Shown here: positions 1 to 9,543 of the stretch, piece after piece | How the letters are laid out: every line of letters begins with the position of its first letter | Numbering within the stretch: the first letter of the stretch is position 1 | From: Trueperaceae bacterium | GTDB taxonomy: Bacteria; Deinococcota; Deinococci; Deinococcales; Trueperaceae | Assembly (NCBI GenBank): GCA_965214405.1 | Contig: OZ243956.1 | Location: 896,001-960,000 of the forward strand | DNA: 64,000 nt | Reading direction: 5' to 3' | The notes under the pieces: model-generated | Database searches by the model: none | What the model was told of the DNA's origin: nothing | What the model saw: only the letters and a program-made list of their open reading frames with translations | Program-made: the position numbers and the translations under genes

Positions 1-589
1 GGTTATCGCTCGTAAAAAGCAGGGTAAGGTCGCTCGTAAAATTGTAAACATGCTTGGCGGTGCTCACGCCGCCCACCGAAGAGCCCGTGGAGATGACGAG
101 CGCGCGTTTGCCCGCCATTTCGGGCGCTTCGCAGTCGGGGCAGTAGTACATGTTGCACTTCGCAGCGTAGGGTAGCGACGCCCGCCACTCGCCGTTTATC
201 ACGGGATGATAACGAGCTACGCCCGTCGCCAAAAGGAGCGTTTTGCCGTGGTAAACACCGCCCTTGTCGGTCTCGAGCCGGAAGTCGCCAACCTTGCCGG
301 ATGCCCCTGTAACGCTCGAGCGCTCCACCTCCGCGCCCAAATCCTTGGCCTGCTTTAAGAGCCGCTTCTGCAACTCGACGCCGGTGATGCTTGGCAGTCC
401 GGGGACGTTCTCGAGCTTGTTTAGCGTGTAGGGCAGCGGCCCCGTCCGCCGGTCGAAGACGCGCACGCGGCGCTTGTGCCAGGCTAAGTGAATCGCCGCC
501 GAGAGCCCCGCCACGCCGCCGCCGACGATGAGGCAGTCGTAAAGGGTGTTTTCTGCTGCGTTGACAGTTTCTTCTTTCGGGAGAGTCAT
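1..589 (-). CDS. NAD(P)/FAD-dependent oxidoreductase, thioredoxin-reductase-like (3' end runs off the window)
   Basis: Not in the ORF track; translated by hand from ATG at 589: MTLPKEE...YDCLIVGGGVAGLSAA (FAD GxGxxG), LLLATG, YCPDC redox motif. Confidence 0.85.
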   Translation of the reverse strand, partial: MTLPKEETVNAAENTLYDCLIVGGGVAGLSAAIHLAWHKRRVRVFDRRTGPLPYTLNKLENVPGLPSITGVELQKRLLKQAKDLGAEVERSSVTGASGKVGDFRLETDKGGVYHGKTLLLATGVARYHPVINGEWRASLPYAAKCNMYYCPDCEAPEMAGKRALVISTGSSVGGVSTAKHVYNFTSDLTLLFTSDN

Positions 590-882
590 CCTCACATTAT
601 CCGGTTCGTTGGCCTCTCAACCTGTGGGTCGGGTGACATCTCGCCACCTCACCTTACGCACAGGCTAGACAAAGTTGTAAAAGATTCGTTGAGAAGATAG
701 AGACCAGAGAACGCTCTTTTTATTCTTCCGCCTTCTCTATCCTCTAAGCTCATTCTCGAATCCAGCCGAGAAACAAACCTGCGTAGGGTAACTATTGCCT
801 CACCCCGCTCTCAATCTCGGCGTCAGACCTAAGCCCACCTTAGAACCTGGTGTGTGATATACTTAACCTCATAGGGAGTCCA

Positions 883-1167
883 ATGAGACTTACACACCAT
901 CAGCGGAAGGCCTTCAAGGATTCCGCTCAAACGCTTTTGCAAAAGATAGAGACGCGGCTACCCGAGGTGCGCTTCGAGGGCCAGAATAAAGGCGTGTCGC
1001 AGGGGCTTGCCAAGCGCTTAGAGGCGTACCGGCAGCAGCTAGACCACGCGGTGCGCGACAAAGAGCTCGTGACCATCAACACGGAATTGGTTGATATCCT
1101 CTACCGCACGAACAACATGTGCAAACGGCGGGCGGACGCGCAGAGCGGGCACCGAACGGGCCGGTAG
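883..1167 (+). CDS. hypothetical protein (94 aa, helical)
   Basis: ATG at 883 preceded by GGGAG and an upstream TATACT; no family recognised. Confidence 0.6.
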   Translation: MRLTHHQRKAFKDSAQTLLQKIETRLPEVRFEGQNKGVSQGLAKRLEAYRQQLDHAVRDKELVTINTELVDILYRTNNMCKRRADAQSGHRTGR

Positions 1168-1181
1168 CTTTATGGGCGGCT

Positions 1182-2171
1182 CTAGCCGCGAAGCGTAGTG
1201 AAGAGCCTCGCCTCGAGCACGCCCACCCCGTACAGTTTAGCTTGCACCTCCAACAGCCCTCGCCGCTGCGCCCCCGGTGTTTCGGCAAAGGCAATATGTT
1301 TCAGGACGTCCGCCACCTCTCGCCAGAGGTCGCCCGCCTCAGCAAAGCCTTTTAATAAGGCGGTGTCAAAGCCAACATAGGGCTGCACCTCCTCCAAAAA
1401 ATCCCGGTAGAGGTAGCGGAAGCCGCCCCCGCCGGTTCCCCTTTTCTCGATCGCCTGGTAGCCGAAGCGCGCCGCCCAGGAGAGGTCGGGCAGCTCGAGC
1501 CAGCTTGGTAAGTCGTCTGCTAGTGCAAAAATGCCGGGGACGCCTTCAAGGGGTGTAGGCGGTTCTAACATGTACATCACCGTTTTCGCTACCGCTCGAG
1601 GGGCCATTCCCTCAACATCGAGATGCAAAAGTTTGGGGGCGGGCGCGTAGGAAAAAGGCGTCAGCAGCGGGTAGTGAGCAGGGGCCACGGCGTCGTGAAA
1701 GTTTTGGAGCGTCATCTTAGAAAACCCCGGCGCGGCGATGTCGGCGACCCACACCTCGTCCCCAGTGAGCCCCACCACCGCCACGCCGTGCCCGATAAAG
1801 TGCGCGTCGTCGTAGTAGGGGATGGGAAAGATGTCGGTTTGGGCCAGGACGGGGCGGTTTTCAGAAAGCGCCATTCGGATGCGTTCAGGTTGCCATTCAC
1901 CCGCCCACTCGAGCGCCGCCCCCACAAGCGCATAAAAGTTTCCCTCTAAATCGGGCGCGCGCCCGTTAAAACGCCGCGTCGGCGAGCCCTGAGGCTCTAC
2001 AGCGTAAAAAAAGCCCAACCCGCTGCCGAGGCCAAAGGCGAGCGCTTCGGAGATTTCAATTCCGTCATAGTGAAGCACGCTCCTTAGGGCCGAAGAAGAG
2101 CAGTGGTGGCCGACGAGGTTTTGGAAACCGTCAAGTTGTAACACCGTCTCTTCCACCCTCTCCCCTTTCAC
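1182..2171 (-). CDS. BtrH_N / DUF4872 family protein (papain-like Cys peptidase fold)
   Basis: HCSSSALRSVL...ISEALAFGLGSGLGFFY, HFIGHGV and C-terminal GTGGGGFRYLYRDFL motifs. Confidence 0.8.
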   Translation of the reverse strand: MKGERVEETVLQLDGFQNLVGHHCSSSALRSVLHYDGIEISEALAFGLGSGLGFFYAVEPQGSPTRRFNGRAPDLEGNFYALVGAALEWAGEWQPERIRMALSENRPVLAQTDIFPIPYYDDAHFIGHGVAVVGLTGDEVWVADIAAPGFSKMTLQNFHDAVAPAHYPLLTPFSYAPAPKLLHLDVEGMAPRAVAKTVMYMLEPPTPLEGVPGIFALADDLPSWLELPDLSWAARFGYQAIEKRGTGGGGFRYLYRDFLEEVQPYVGFDTALLKGFAEAGDLWREVADVLKHIAFAETPGAQRRGLLEVQAKLYGVGVLEARLFTTLRG

Positions 2172-2191
2172 ATTTTAGATTTACGCCTTGT

Positions 2192-2548
2192 TTAACCAGC
2201 GTATAGGCCCAAACACGCGAGGTTCCAAAGGTCCGTTACCTTACCCTCTTTGACGTGTATAAACTCCGCCATGTGACCCAAAACGGCCCCGTCCGCATCA
2301 CGAAACGTGACGCGCGCCGCTACCCGCTCACCCTCGATCACAACTTCTTCAACGTCAACGCGGAGGCCAGAATACATCTGCCACATCTCCCTCCACGCGC
2401 TTTTGACCGCTTCCGCGCCCGCACCTCCTGCCCCCGTCGTGTGGTCGGTAAAGTCGGGAGCCAGTAGCGCCTCGAGCGCCTCCACATCTCTTTCATTAAA
2501 CGCGTCGTAAATGCGCCTGACCGCTTCTTTGTTGTGATTCTCAGTCAC
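2192..2548 (-). CDS. SnoaL-like / NTF2-fold ester cyclase family protein
   Basis: NKEAVRRIYDAFNERD...LAPDFTDH, VIEGERVAARV pattern. Confidence 0.85.
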   Translation of the reverse strand: MTENHNKEAVRRIYDAFNERDVEALEALLAPDFTDHTTGAGGAGAEAVKSAWREMWQMYSGLRVDVEEVVIEGERVAARVTFRDADGAVLGHMAEFIHVKEGKVTDLWNLACLGLYAG

Positions 2549-2550
2549 CC

Positions 2551-3387
2551 TTACTCGTACTCGTAAAACCCGCGCCCGCTCTTGCGCCCGAGCCGCCCCG
2601 CCTCGACGAGCTTACGCAGGGTTTGGGTGGGCCTGAAGCGTTCGCCCAGGGCTTCGGTCATCGATTCGGAAATGAAAAGCATGGTGTCTAGGCCCACGTA
2701 GTCGGCGAGCTCCAAAGGCCCCATCGGGTGGTTCAGACCCAGCTTGACCGCGGTGTCGATGTCCTCGGGCGAGGCGACGCCCTCCTCCAACATCCGCATC
2801 GCCTCGGTGAGAAGCGCCGCCAGGGCGCGCGTGGTGACGAAACCCTGCCGGTCTTGGACGACGACCGTCTTTTTTCCGCACGCCTCCGACACCTGCTGCG
2901 TCAGCGCCAGCGTCTCATCCGACGTTTGCGTGGCCCGCACGATTTCGATCAAGCTCATGCGCTCGGGCGGGTTGAACCAGTGCATCCCGATGACGCGGTC
3001 GGGGCGCGCCGTCGCGGCGGCGATGGCCGTAACCGAGAGTTCGCTCGTGTTGGTCGCCAGCACCGCGTGGGGCGGCGCAGCGGCGTCGAGCTGAGAGAAG
3101 ATGTCGCGCTTGAGCTCGAGCCTCTCCGGCACCGCCTCAACCACAAAGTCCGCGTCCTGCGCGGCCTGTTGAAGCTCACTTGTTAGCTCGAGCTTGCCTA
3201 GGACGGACGCGTCGTTGCGCTTCTCGATACGAGAGCGCGCGCGGTTTAGCGCCTCCTCAAGAGGGTCGTAAAGCTTGACAGCAAACCCGCTCATGAGCAG
3301 GAGCGTGGCGATTCCGCCGCCCATCGTGCCCGCGCCCACGACGGTCACGGCTTTTACGGGTGTGTCTGCTGTGGATGTGTCTGTCAT
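2551..3387 (-). CDS. 3-hydroxyacyl(butyryl)-CoA dehydrogenase
   Basis: VVGAGTMGGGIA, EAVPE, ATNTS, GMHWFNP, PMGPLELADYVGLD, GRKSGRGFY; ATG at 3387 after GGGAG. Confidence 0.93.
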   Translation of the reverse strand: MTDTSTADTPVKAVTVVGAGTMGGGIATLLLMSGFAVKLYDPLEEALNRARSRIEKRNDASVLGKLELTSELQQAAQDADFVVEAVPERLELKRDIFSQLDAAAPPHAVLATNTSELSVTAIAAATARPDRVIGMHWFNPPERMSLIEIVRATQTSDETLALTQQVSEACGKKTVVVQDRQGFVTTRALAALLTEAMRMLEEGVASPEDIDTAVKLGLNHPMGPLELADYVGLDTMLFISESMTEALGERFRPTQTLRKLVEAGRLGRKSGRGFYEYE

Positions 3388-3506
3388 GCGTCTCCCTTGA
3401 AATACTCTGTTTTGGCGACTCAGAACCACCTTGACGGCTCGATTGTAACGCCACCAGCCTCCCGAACAGCTTTTGTCCCTTGAAGCTTGTGAACCATCGG
3501 CGAATT

Positions 3507-4295
3507 CTAAATCAAGTAAAGGTCAAAGCGCGTGGTTTTGCCCGGAATGGCCGCGCTGGGCTTCATCCCCCCAAGCGGCGGCGCATTTTTAGGACGCTTG
3601 ACGACGACGCGGTTTCTGGCGCAACTGAGCGCAGCAGAGAGCAGCCGCGGCGCGTCTTCGTCCTCGCCCACGAGAAGGCGAAAGAGGCGCATTTCTTTGT
3701 TTTTCAAAGCCGTTTTGCTTGAATGCGGATACATGGGGTCCAAATAAACAGTGTCGGGGCGCGCGTCTTCAGCAAGACCCGCCATCACCTCGGCGGCGTC
3801 GGCCACGGTGAGGTGAAGCCGCGTTGCGGCGGGGGCCGTTTCGGGACTCTCGGCAGCTCGAGCGAGCCCGTCAGAAAGCAGCGCCCCCACCACCCTTGAG
3901 CGCTCTATAAGCCTTACCGACAGACCCAGCGAGGCCAACACAAAGGCGTCCCCGCCCAGGCCAGCAGTGGCGTCCAGAACGGTCGGCAGCCGACCGCCCT
4001 TGAGTCCAACCGCTCGAGCCAGCGCCTGACCCTTGCCCCCGCTTTGGCGACGGTGCGCGGCGCTCCCTCCCAGAAAGTCGACATATATGGGACCCGCGGC
4101 GCGCACGCCCGTCTCGCGGAGCTCGAGCCGCTCCGGCGTCACGCATAAAAGCAGCGCCGCCTCCGGTTCGGGCGTAAAGGGCAATTCGAGCCGCTCGGCG
4201 AGCGCCCGCGCGCGGGGCTCTAGCTCCGGCAAGGAAGCGCACACCGCCACGCCCTCGTCCGTACGCCCGGTGGTTTCGGCTTCCTCTTTGGTCAC
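3507..4295 (-). CDS. rsmJ: 16S rRNA m2G1516 methyltransferase RsmJ
   Basis: VLDATAGLGGDAFVLASLG, VYLDPMYP, RVVVKRP, GKTTRFDLY. Confidence 0.9.
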   Translation of the reverse strand: MTKEEAETTGRTDEGVAVCASLPELEPRARALAERLELPFTPEPEAALLLCVTPERLELRETGVRAAGPIYVDFLGGSAAHRRQSGGKGQALARAVGLKGGRLPTVLDATAGLGGDAFVLASLGLSVRLIERSRVVGALLSDGLARAAESPETAPAATRLHLTVADAAEVMAGLAEDARPDTVYLDPMYPHSSKTALKNKEMRLFRLLVGEDEDAPRLLSAALSCARNRVVVKRPKNAPPLGGMKPSAAIPGKTTRFDLYLI

Positions 4296-4540
4296 GATTC
4301 ATGCTAACGCGCAGGAGGCTCGAGCGGCTCGTTAGGAGGCGAGGCTCGAGATTTTGAACATAAACCTTTCTGCGAACCCGGCAATCAATTTCATAGACCA
4401 CGCCTAAAAGAGAAAAAAGATGTTACTATACGAAAGTACTATGGGTTAGTTACTTGTGTAATTCAACCCATTAAACAATTAAGCTTTAGATTAGTAAGTT
4501 TTTTAGCGTAAAAGCTTTAGTAAAGAAGGGAAGGATTTTG

Positions 4541-5860
4541 ATGAGCAACGAGAGCTTGAAAGAGCGGCGCGCGGCGGCGGTTGCCAACCCCGCCTACTCC
4601 ATCCACCCCTTTTATCCCGAGCGGGCCGAGGGCGCGTACGTCTGGGACGCCGACGGCAACAAGTACCTCGACTGGAGCGTCGGCATCGCGGTGATGAATG
4701 TGGGGCACTCGCATCCAAAGGTTTTGGAAGCGGTTAGAAAACAGGCCGAGGCGTTTCAGCACCTCTGTTTCGCGGTCGGGATGCACGAGAGCTACATCGC
4801 GCTGGCCGAAAAACTCAACAGCATCGCGCCGGGTAGCACGCCCAAAAAGACTTTTCTGGTCAACTCGGGGGCTGAAGCCGTAGAGAACGCCGTTAAGATT
4901 GCTCGAGCCTACACTCGCCGCCAGGGCATCGTCACCTTTACCCACGCGTTTCACGGGCGCACCCACATAGCGCTCTCGCTCACCGGTAAAGCGAACCCCT
5001 ACAAGGCGGGCTTCGCGCCGCGCGCCGCCGAAATCTACCGGGCGCAGTACCCCTACTGCTACCGCTGCCCCTACAGCGGGCGGGGCGAAGACGGCTCGTG
5101 CTGCCAAAGCGAGCTTACGCAACTCCGCGACCTGGTCAAAACCACGATTGGCGAGGGCGAGGTGGCCGCGTTTATCTTAGAGCCCATAGCGGGCGAAGGC
5201 GGCTTTATTCCTGCGCCGCCTGAATTCTTGCGCGCGCTGCGCGCCTACTGCGACGAAATCGGCGCGCTGTGGATTGACGACGAGGTGCAGGCGGGCATCG
5301 GGCGCACGGGCGCGTGGTGGGTGGTGGACCATTACGGCTTGGAGCCCGACCTCGTCACGAGCGCCAAGGCGCTCTCGTCGGGCTTCCCGCTCTCGGCGGT
5401 GGTCGGCAAGGCGCACATCATGGACAGCTTAGAGCCCGGTCAGCTCGGCTCGACCTTTGGCGGCAATCCGGTCGCGTGCGCGGCGGCCTTGGCAACCTTA
5501 GAGGTTATCGAGGAAGAGGGACTGTTAGAACGCGCGGGTGAAATCGGGGCGGTAGCGATGGAACGTTTGGGGCGGCTCCAGGAAAAGTACGACCAAATCG
5601 GCGACGTGCGCGGCTTAGGCGCGATGGTCGGGATCGAATTCGTCTCGAGCGCGGACAAAACGCCCAACAAGGCGGCGGTCGAGGCCGTCGTTCAGTACGC
5701 CCGCGACCACGGGCTCATCTTGCTGCCGACGGGCACCTACAGCAACGTCATCCGCCTCCTCCCGCCCCTGCGTATGAGCGACGCGGAGCTTCAGGAGGGG
5801 TTAAATATTCTTGAAGAGGCGATTGAGAACGTGCTCGAGCCGGTGACGGCGGTGGCGTAG
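4541..5860 (+). CDS. gabT: 4-aminobutyrate aminotransferase (class III PLP aminotransferase)
   Basis: NSGAEAVENAVKIAR, EPIAGEGGF, DEVQAGIGRTG, SAKALSSG (PLP Lys), STFGGNPVAC. Confidence 0.85.
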   Translation: MSNESLKERRAAAVANPAYSIHPFYPERAEGAYVWDADGNKYLDWSVGIAVMNVGHSHPKVLEAVRKQAEAFQHLCFAVGMHESYIALAEKLNSIAPGSTPKKTFLVNSGAEAVENAVKIARAYTRRQGIVTFTHAFHGRTHIALSLTGKANPYKAGFAPRAAEIYRAQYPYCYRCPYSGRGEDGSCCQSELTQLRDLVKTTIGEGEVAAFILEPIAGEGGFIPAPPEFLRALRAYCDEIGALWIDDEVQAGIGRTGAWWVVDHYGLEPDLVTSAKALSSGFPLSAVVGKAHIMDSLEPGQLGSTFGGNPVACAAALATLEVIEEEGLLERAGEIGAVAMERLGRLQEKYDQIGDVRGLGAMVGIEFVSSADKTPNKAAVEAVVQYARDHGLILLPTGTYSNVIRLLPPLRMSDAELQEGLNILEEAIENVLEPVTAVA

Positions 5861-5885
5861 CAGAAGTTTTGCTCAACGTTTACCG

Positions 5886-5911
5886 AGGCGGTTCTTGCGA
5901 CCGCCTTTTTT
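5886..5911 (+). terminator. intrinsic terminator after gabT
   Basis: AGGCGGT-loop-ACCGCCT followed by a T run. Confidence 0.8.
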
Positions 5912-6004
5912 AATTCGCGTCCAATTCGGCATGGCTATCAAAGTTCCTCGAGCAAAAGCGGCAAAACGTCTCGTGAGTCAAGCGTTCAGAGATAGACTTA
6001 AAGC

Positions 6005-6850
6005 GTGGGCGAACCGAAACGTGACACTTCAAAAACCAAAATCTGGCGTGTTCCGTATCTCAACGACGTGGAGCTGTTACGCGCGGAGCACCTCGCGCAG
6101 TCTTTTCCCAGGCACACGCACGAATGCTACGCGGTCGGCGTGATCGAGCGGGGGGCGTTGGGCTTCTTTTATCGCGGCGAGAACGTCGTCGCCGCGCCCG
6201 GTGACATCAGCTTGTACATCCCCGGTGAGGCGCATACCGGCAGGCCCGCCGGGGACGAGGGTTGGGCTTACCGGATGTTTTATCTTGACGCGCGCGTACT
6301 TCAGAAGGTCGCCTCCGAGGTTGGGGAAGGGCCGCGTGACATGCCATTTTTTGAGTCCGGCGTCATCACCGACGACGTTTTGGCCGGTCAATTTCGCGCT
6401 TTGCACGGTCAGTTGGAAAGTGGGCAGTTGGAAGGGGGTGCGCTGCGGCTCGAGGGAGAAACGCGCTTACTCAACGTTTTGGCAGGGCTCATCACCCGAC
6501 ACGCCGACGCGCCCCCACCAGGCCGTCGGGGAGGCCGAGAACCCCAGGCGGTTACGCAGGTTAAGCGCTACCTTGAAGGTCACTACGCCGAGAACGTCTC
6601 GCTCGAGCGCTTGACCCACCTCACCGGGCTCAGCCGCCACTACCTCGTCCGCGTCTTCGGTGAAGCCACGGGCGTCCCGCCGCACGCGTATCTCCGGCAA
6701 GTGCGTGTAGAGCGCGCCAAAGACCTGTTGGCAAGGGGGCACGCCGTCGCCGAGGTGGCCGTGATGACCGGCTTTACCGACCAGAGCCACCTCACGCGCT
6801 GGTTCAAACGGTTGTGGGGAGTGACACCTGGGCAGTACCGCAGTCACTAA
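6005..6850 (+). CDS. AraC family transcriptional regulator
   Basis: Cupin FPRHTHE...HTG; C-terminal GFTDQSHLTRWFKRLWGVTPGQY. Confidence 0.95.
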   Translation: MGEPKRDTSKTKIWRVPYLNDVELLRAEHLAQSFPRHTHECYAVGVIERGALGFFYRGENVVAAPGDISLYIPGEAHTGRPAGDEGWAYRMFYLDARVLQKVASEVGEGPRDMPFFESGVITDDVLAGQFRALHGQLESGQLEGGALRLEGETRLLNVLAGLITRHADAPPPGRRGGREPQAVTQVKRYLEGHYAENVSLERLTHLTGLSRHYLVRVFGEATGVPPHAYLRQVRVERAKDLLARGHAVAEVAVMTGFTDQSHLTRWFKRLWGVTPGQYRSH

Positions 6851-6989
6851 GGGTTCAGTACAGCCAGTCGATATGGCCGTCGGTACGGCAACAGCGTACA
6901 AGACAGTGAACCTTGAACGTAATAAGCTCCAGATACGCGCACCTGGCTGTGGTTGTAACACTAGCCAAGAGGCGAGAAGGAGTTTTAGG

Positions 6990-7694
6990 ATGGTTCAAAT
7001 CTCAAATCCTCACATCAAGGTGACCGACCGCTGGCGCGAGACCTTTCCTGGAGGACACGTCGGCGTCTTGCTCGTGGGAAACGTTGAGAATACCGGAGAC
7101 GCAACCCTGTTAGACAAGCGCAAAAGGGAGATTGAGTCGCGGCTTCGGGAAAGGTTCGCGGGATTTTTCCGAAGTGACTTCCTTGAGTTAGAAGTCTTGA
7201 AAGCCTACCGGGACTACTACAAATCCTTCGACCAGACGTACCACGTCCAGGGTCAGTTGGAATCGGTGGTGCGTAAAGGTAAATCTCTGCCCAACGTGAG
7301 CCCTTTGGTTGATGCGAATTTCGCGGCTGAACTGGAAACCCTCGTTCTAACCGCCGGGCATGACGCGGATGTGCTCGAAACCCCGTTGACCATTGACGCT
7401 ACCCAAGTAGGCGAAACGTTCGTCCAGATGAACGGCTCAAAACGGCTTCTTAAGCCGAACGACATGATGATGTCGGACGCTCACGGCGTTGTCTGCACCA
7501 TCCTTTACGGGCAAGATGAACGCACGCCCATCTCTCCAGACACGCGCCGGGCGCTCTACGTGGCTTACGCGCCGTCGGGGGTCCCGGTGGCGGCGGTTCA
7601 GGGGCAGCTCGAGGCCATCCGTGACAACATCCTGCTCTTCGCGCCGGAAGCCGAAACCGAGATTAAAATCCACGCCGCGAGCGCCCATGCTTAA
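6990..7694 (+). CDS. B3/B4 (PheRS-beta editing-like) domain protein
   Basis: LKAYRDYYKSF, LPNVSPLVDA, GHDAD motifs; ATG at 6990 after AGGAG. Confidence 0.8.
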   Translation: MVQISNPHIKVTDRWRETFPGGHVGVLLVGNVENTGDATLLDKRKREIESRLRERFAGFFRSDFLELEVLKAYRDYYKSFDQTYHVQGQLESVVRKGKSLPNVSPLVDANFAAELETLVLTAGHDADVLETPLTIDATQVGETFVQMNGSKRLLKPNDMMMSDAHGVVCTILYGQDERTPISPDTRRALYVAYAPSGVPVAAVQGQLEAIRDNILLFAPEAETEIKIHAASAHA

Positions 7695-8301
7695 CCCCGA
7701 GTTTTTACTCACCTCGCTCATCGTCGTCTTGATACCCGGGACGGGCGTCATTTACACCCTCTCAACCGGACTTCTTCGCGGGTGGCGCTCGAGCCTCGCG
7801 GCAGCCCTTGGCTGCACGGCGGGCATCCTCCCGCACCTCTTGGCGAGCCTCCTCGGACTGTCCACCATTCTCCATATGAGCGCGGTGGTCTTTCGGGTAG
7901 TCAAATTTGCGGGCGTCGTCTACTTGCTTTACCTCGCTTGGGCGATGTGGCGCGACACCGGGGGCTTCTCTTTTGATTCGGCTTCGCCAGAGAAAAGCGC
8001 GTGGCAAACCGCGGGGCGGGCGGTCTTGCTCAACCTCTTAAACCCCAAACTGACCCTCTTCTTTTTTGCTTTTCTGCCGCTCTTTATCTCCCCGGACGCC
8101 TCGTCGCCCCTGGCGGAGATGCTCACGCTGAGCGCCGTGTTTATGCTCATCACCCTCGTTGTCTTCGTGCTGTACGGCGTCCTGGCGAGCGGGGTGCGTC
8201 GGTACGTCGTCAACTCACCCAACGCTGTCGCCTGGCTTAGGAGGTCTTTCGCGGTTGCGTTTGCGGCCCTCGGCATCAGGCTCGCCGTGACCGACCCCTA
8301 A
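7687..8301 (+). CDS. LysE/RhtB family exporter
   Basis: IPGTG motif, LLNLLNPKLTLFFFAFLP; start overlaps the upstream stop. Confidence 0.92.
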   Translation: MLNPEFLLTSLIVVLIPGTGVIYTLSTGLLRGWRSSLAAALGCTAGILPHLLASLLGLSTILHMSAVVFRVVKFAGVVYLLYLAWAMWRDTGGFSFDSASPEKSAWQTAGRAVLLNLLNPKLTLFFFAFLPLFISPDASSPLAEMLTLSAVFMLITLVVFVLYGVLASGVRRYVVNSPNAVAWLRRSFAVAFAALGIRLAVTDP

Positions 8302-8360
8302 CGCGTTTTTGGCTGAGCACGCTCGGGAACCTGGTTGATTTTACGCGGGAGCTTGAAGCG

Positions 8361-9239
8361 TCACCGCCGAATCACCGCGTTAAGTTCATCCCTCATCGCC
8401 TCAGCCGCCGCCCTCGCCCGCCCCGGAAAATCGTCCCCTTCGGTCACGTAGGTGAGGCCGCGGCTCGAGCTCACCACCGCCCCCAAGCCATTTTCGTCAA
8501 ACGCGGCGGCCACATCCTTAGCCCCGCCCCCCTGCGCGCCGTAGCCCGGCACGAGCAGCACGCTGTGCGGCAGGCTTTCCCGCAACGAAAGAAGCGCCTC
8601 CGGCTGCGTCGCGCCCACCACCGCGCCGACGGGGGCGTAGTGGGTGGGCTCGAGGTGCCTCTTCGCTCTCTCCGTCACCCGCTCAGCCACCCGCGCGTAA
8701 AGGGGACGCCCGCCCGCGTCCACGTCTTGAAAGTCGGCGCTGCCGGGGTTGGAGGTCTTGACGAGCACGAACAGACCCCGGTTGTTGTCTACTGCGGCGT
8801 TAACAAAAGGCTCGAGCCCGTCCATCCCCACATACGAATTGACGGTCAGCGCGTCCGCAGCGAACACGCCGTCGCCAAGGTACGCCCGCGCGTAGGCTTC
8901 CGCCGTCGCGCCGATGTCGCCGCGCTTGGCGTCCAAAATGACCGGAACGCCGCGCCCTCTTATATCCGCGAGAAGCTGCGCCATACTGATGAGGCCGGGG
9001 ATGCCGAGTGCTTCAAAAAAGGCCGACTGAAGCTTGTAGCAAGCCACCACGTCCTCGGTTGCTTCAATAATGCCCCGAAAATAGAACACCACCGCCTTGG
9101 CGACTTGCGCGGGGTCGCCGCCGAACCGTTGCGGGTGCGTCAGGGGGTGCGCCTCGGGGCGCGGGTCGATGCCTAAGCAGACGCGGGAACGGGTCTCGAG
9201 GATGCGCTGGTGAAGCTTATTAACAAAGGATGTGGACAT
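8361..9239 (-). CDS. pyrF: orotidine-5'-phosphate decarboxylase
   Basis: CLGIDP, DAKRGDIGAT, KTSNPGS, GAVVGAT, PGYGAQGG, SSSR. Confidence 0.95.
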   Translation of the reverse strand: MSTSFVNKLHQRILETRSRVCLGIDPRPEAHPLTHPQRFGGDPAQVAKAVVFYFRGIIEATEDVVACYKLQSAFFEALGIPGLISMAQLLADIRGRGVPVILDAKRGDIGATAEAYARAYLGDGVFAADALTVNSYVGMDGLEPFVNAAVDNNRGLFVLVKTSNPGSADFQDVDAGGRPLYARVAERVTERAKRHLEPTHYAPVGAVVGATQPEALLSLRESLPHSVLLVPGYGAQGGGAKDVAAAFDENGLGAVVSSSRGLTYVTEGDDFPGRARAAAEAMRDELNAVIRR

Positions 9240-9493
9240 AGAGAATAGGGTAACAGATGGGTCTTCCTCAACCGTATCGGCTCTGCTAACAGAAGCGCTA
9301 GTGGGTCATCCGTCACGGTTTTAGCCATTCAGCCCTCGCTTTGATGAGAAGCAAACTTCTCGAGCTGGAGGTGAACGTTTTTTGAATAAGATGATTGCGG
9401 TAAGGCCACGTTCATGACGAATGACCCACTAGATGTTTTTTGTTGAAGTCTCGCTCGAGCTGTGTGATTAAATCTCACAGTTGAAACATAAAG

Positions 9494-9523
9494 AAGCGGT
9501 CAGTCGTGCGACTGACCGCTTTT
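9494..9523 (-). terminator. strong hairpin terminator downstream of secA (possibly bidirectional)
   Basis: AAGCGGTCAGTCG-TG-CGACTGACCGCTT inverted repeat about 20 nt after the secA stop. Confidence 0.75.
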
Positions 9524-9543
9524 GATTTACATGTAGGGCTGAT

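Noticed and set aside
4441..4471. Imperfect inverted repeat ATGGGTT...AACCCAT upstream of gabT
   Set aside because: Could be an operator, but it is in AT-rich DNA with no regulator nearby and too weak to call.
9460..9480. CRP-like site TGTGA...TCACA
   Set aside because: Spacing is 7 rather than 6 and it is far from the pyrF start; at most a small hairpin.
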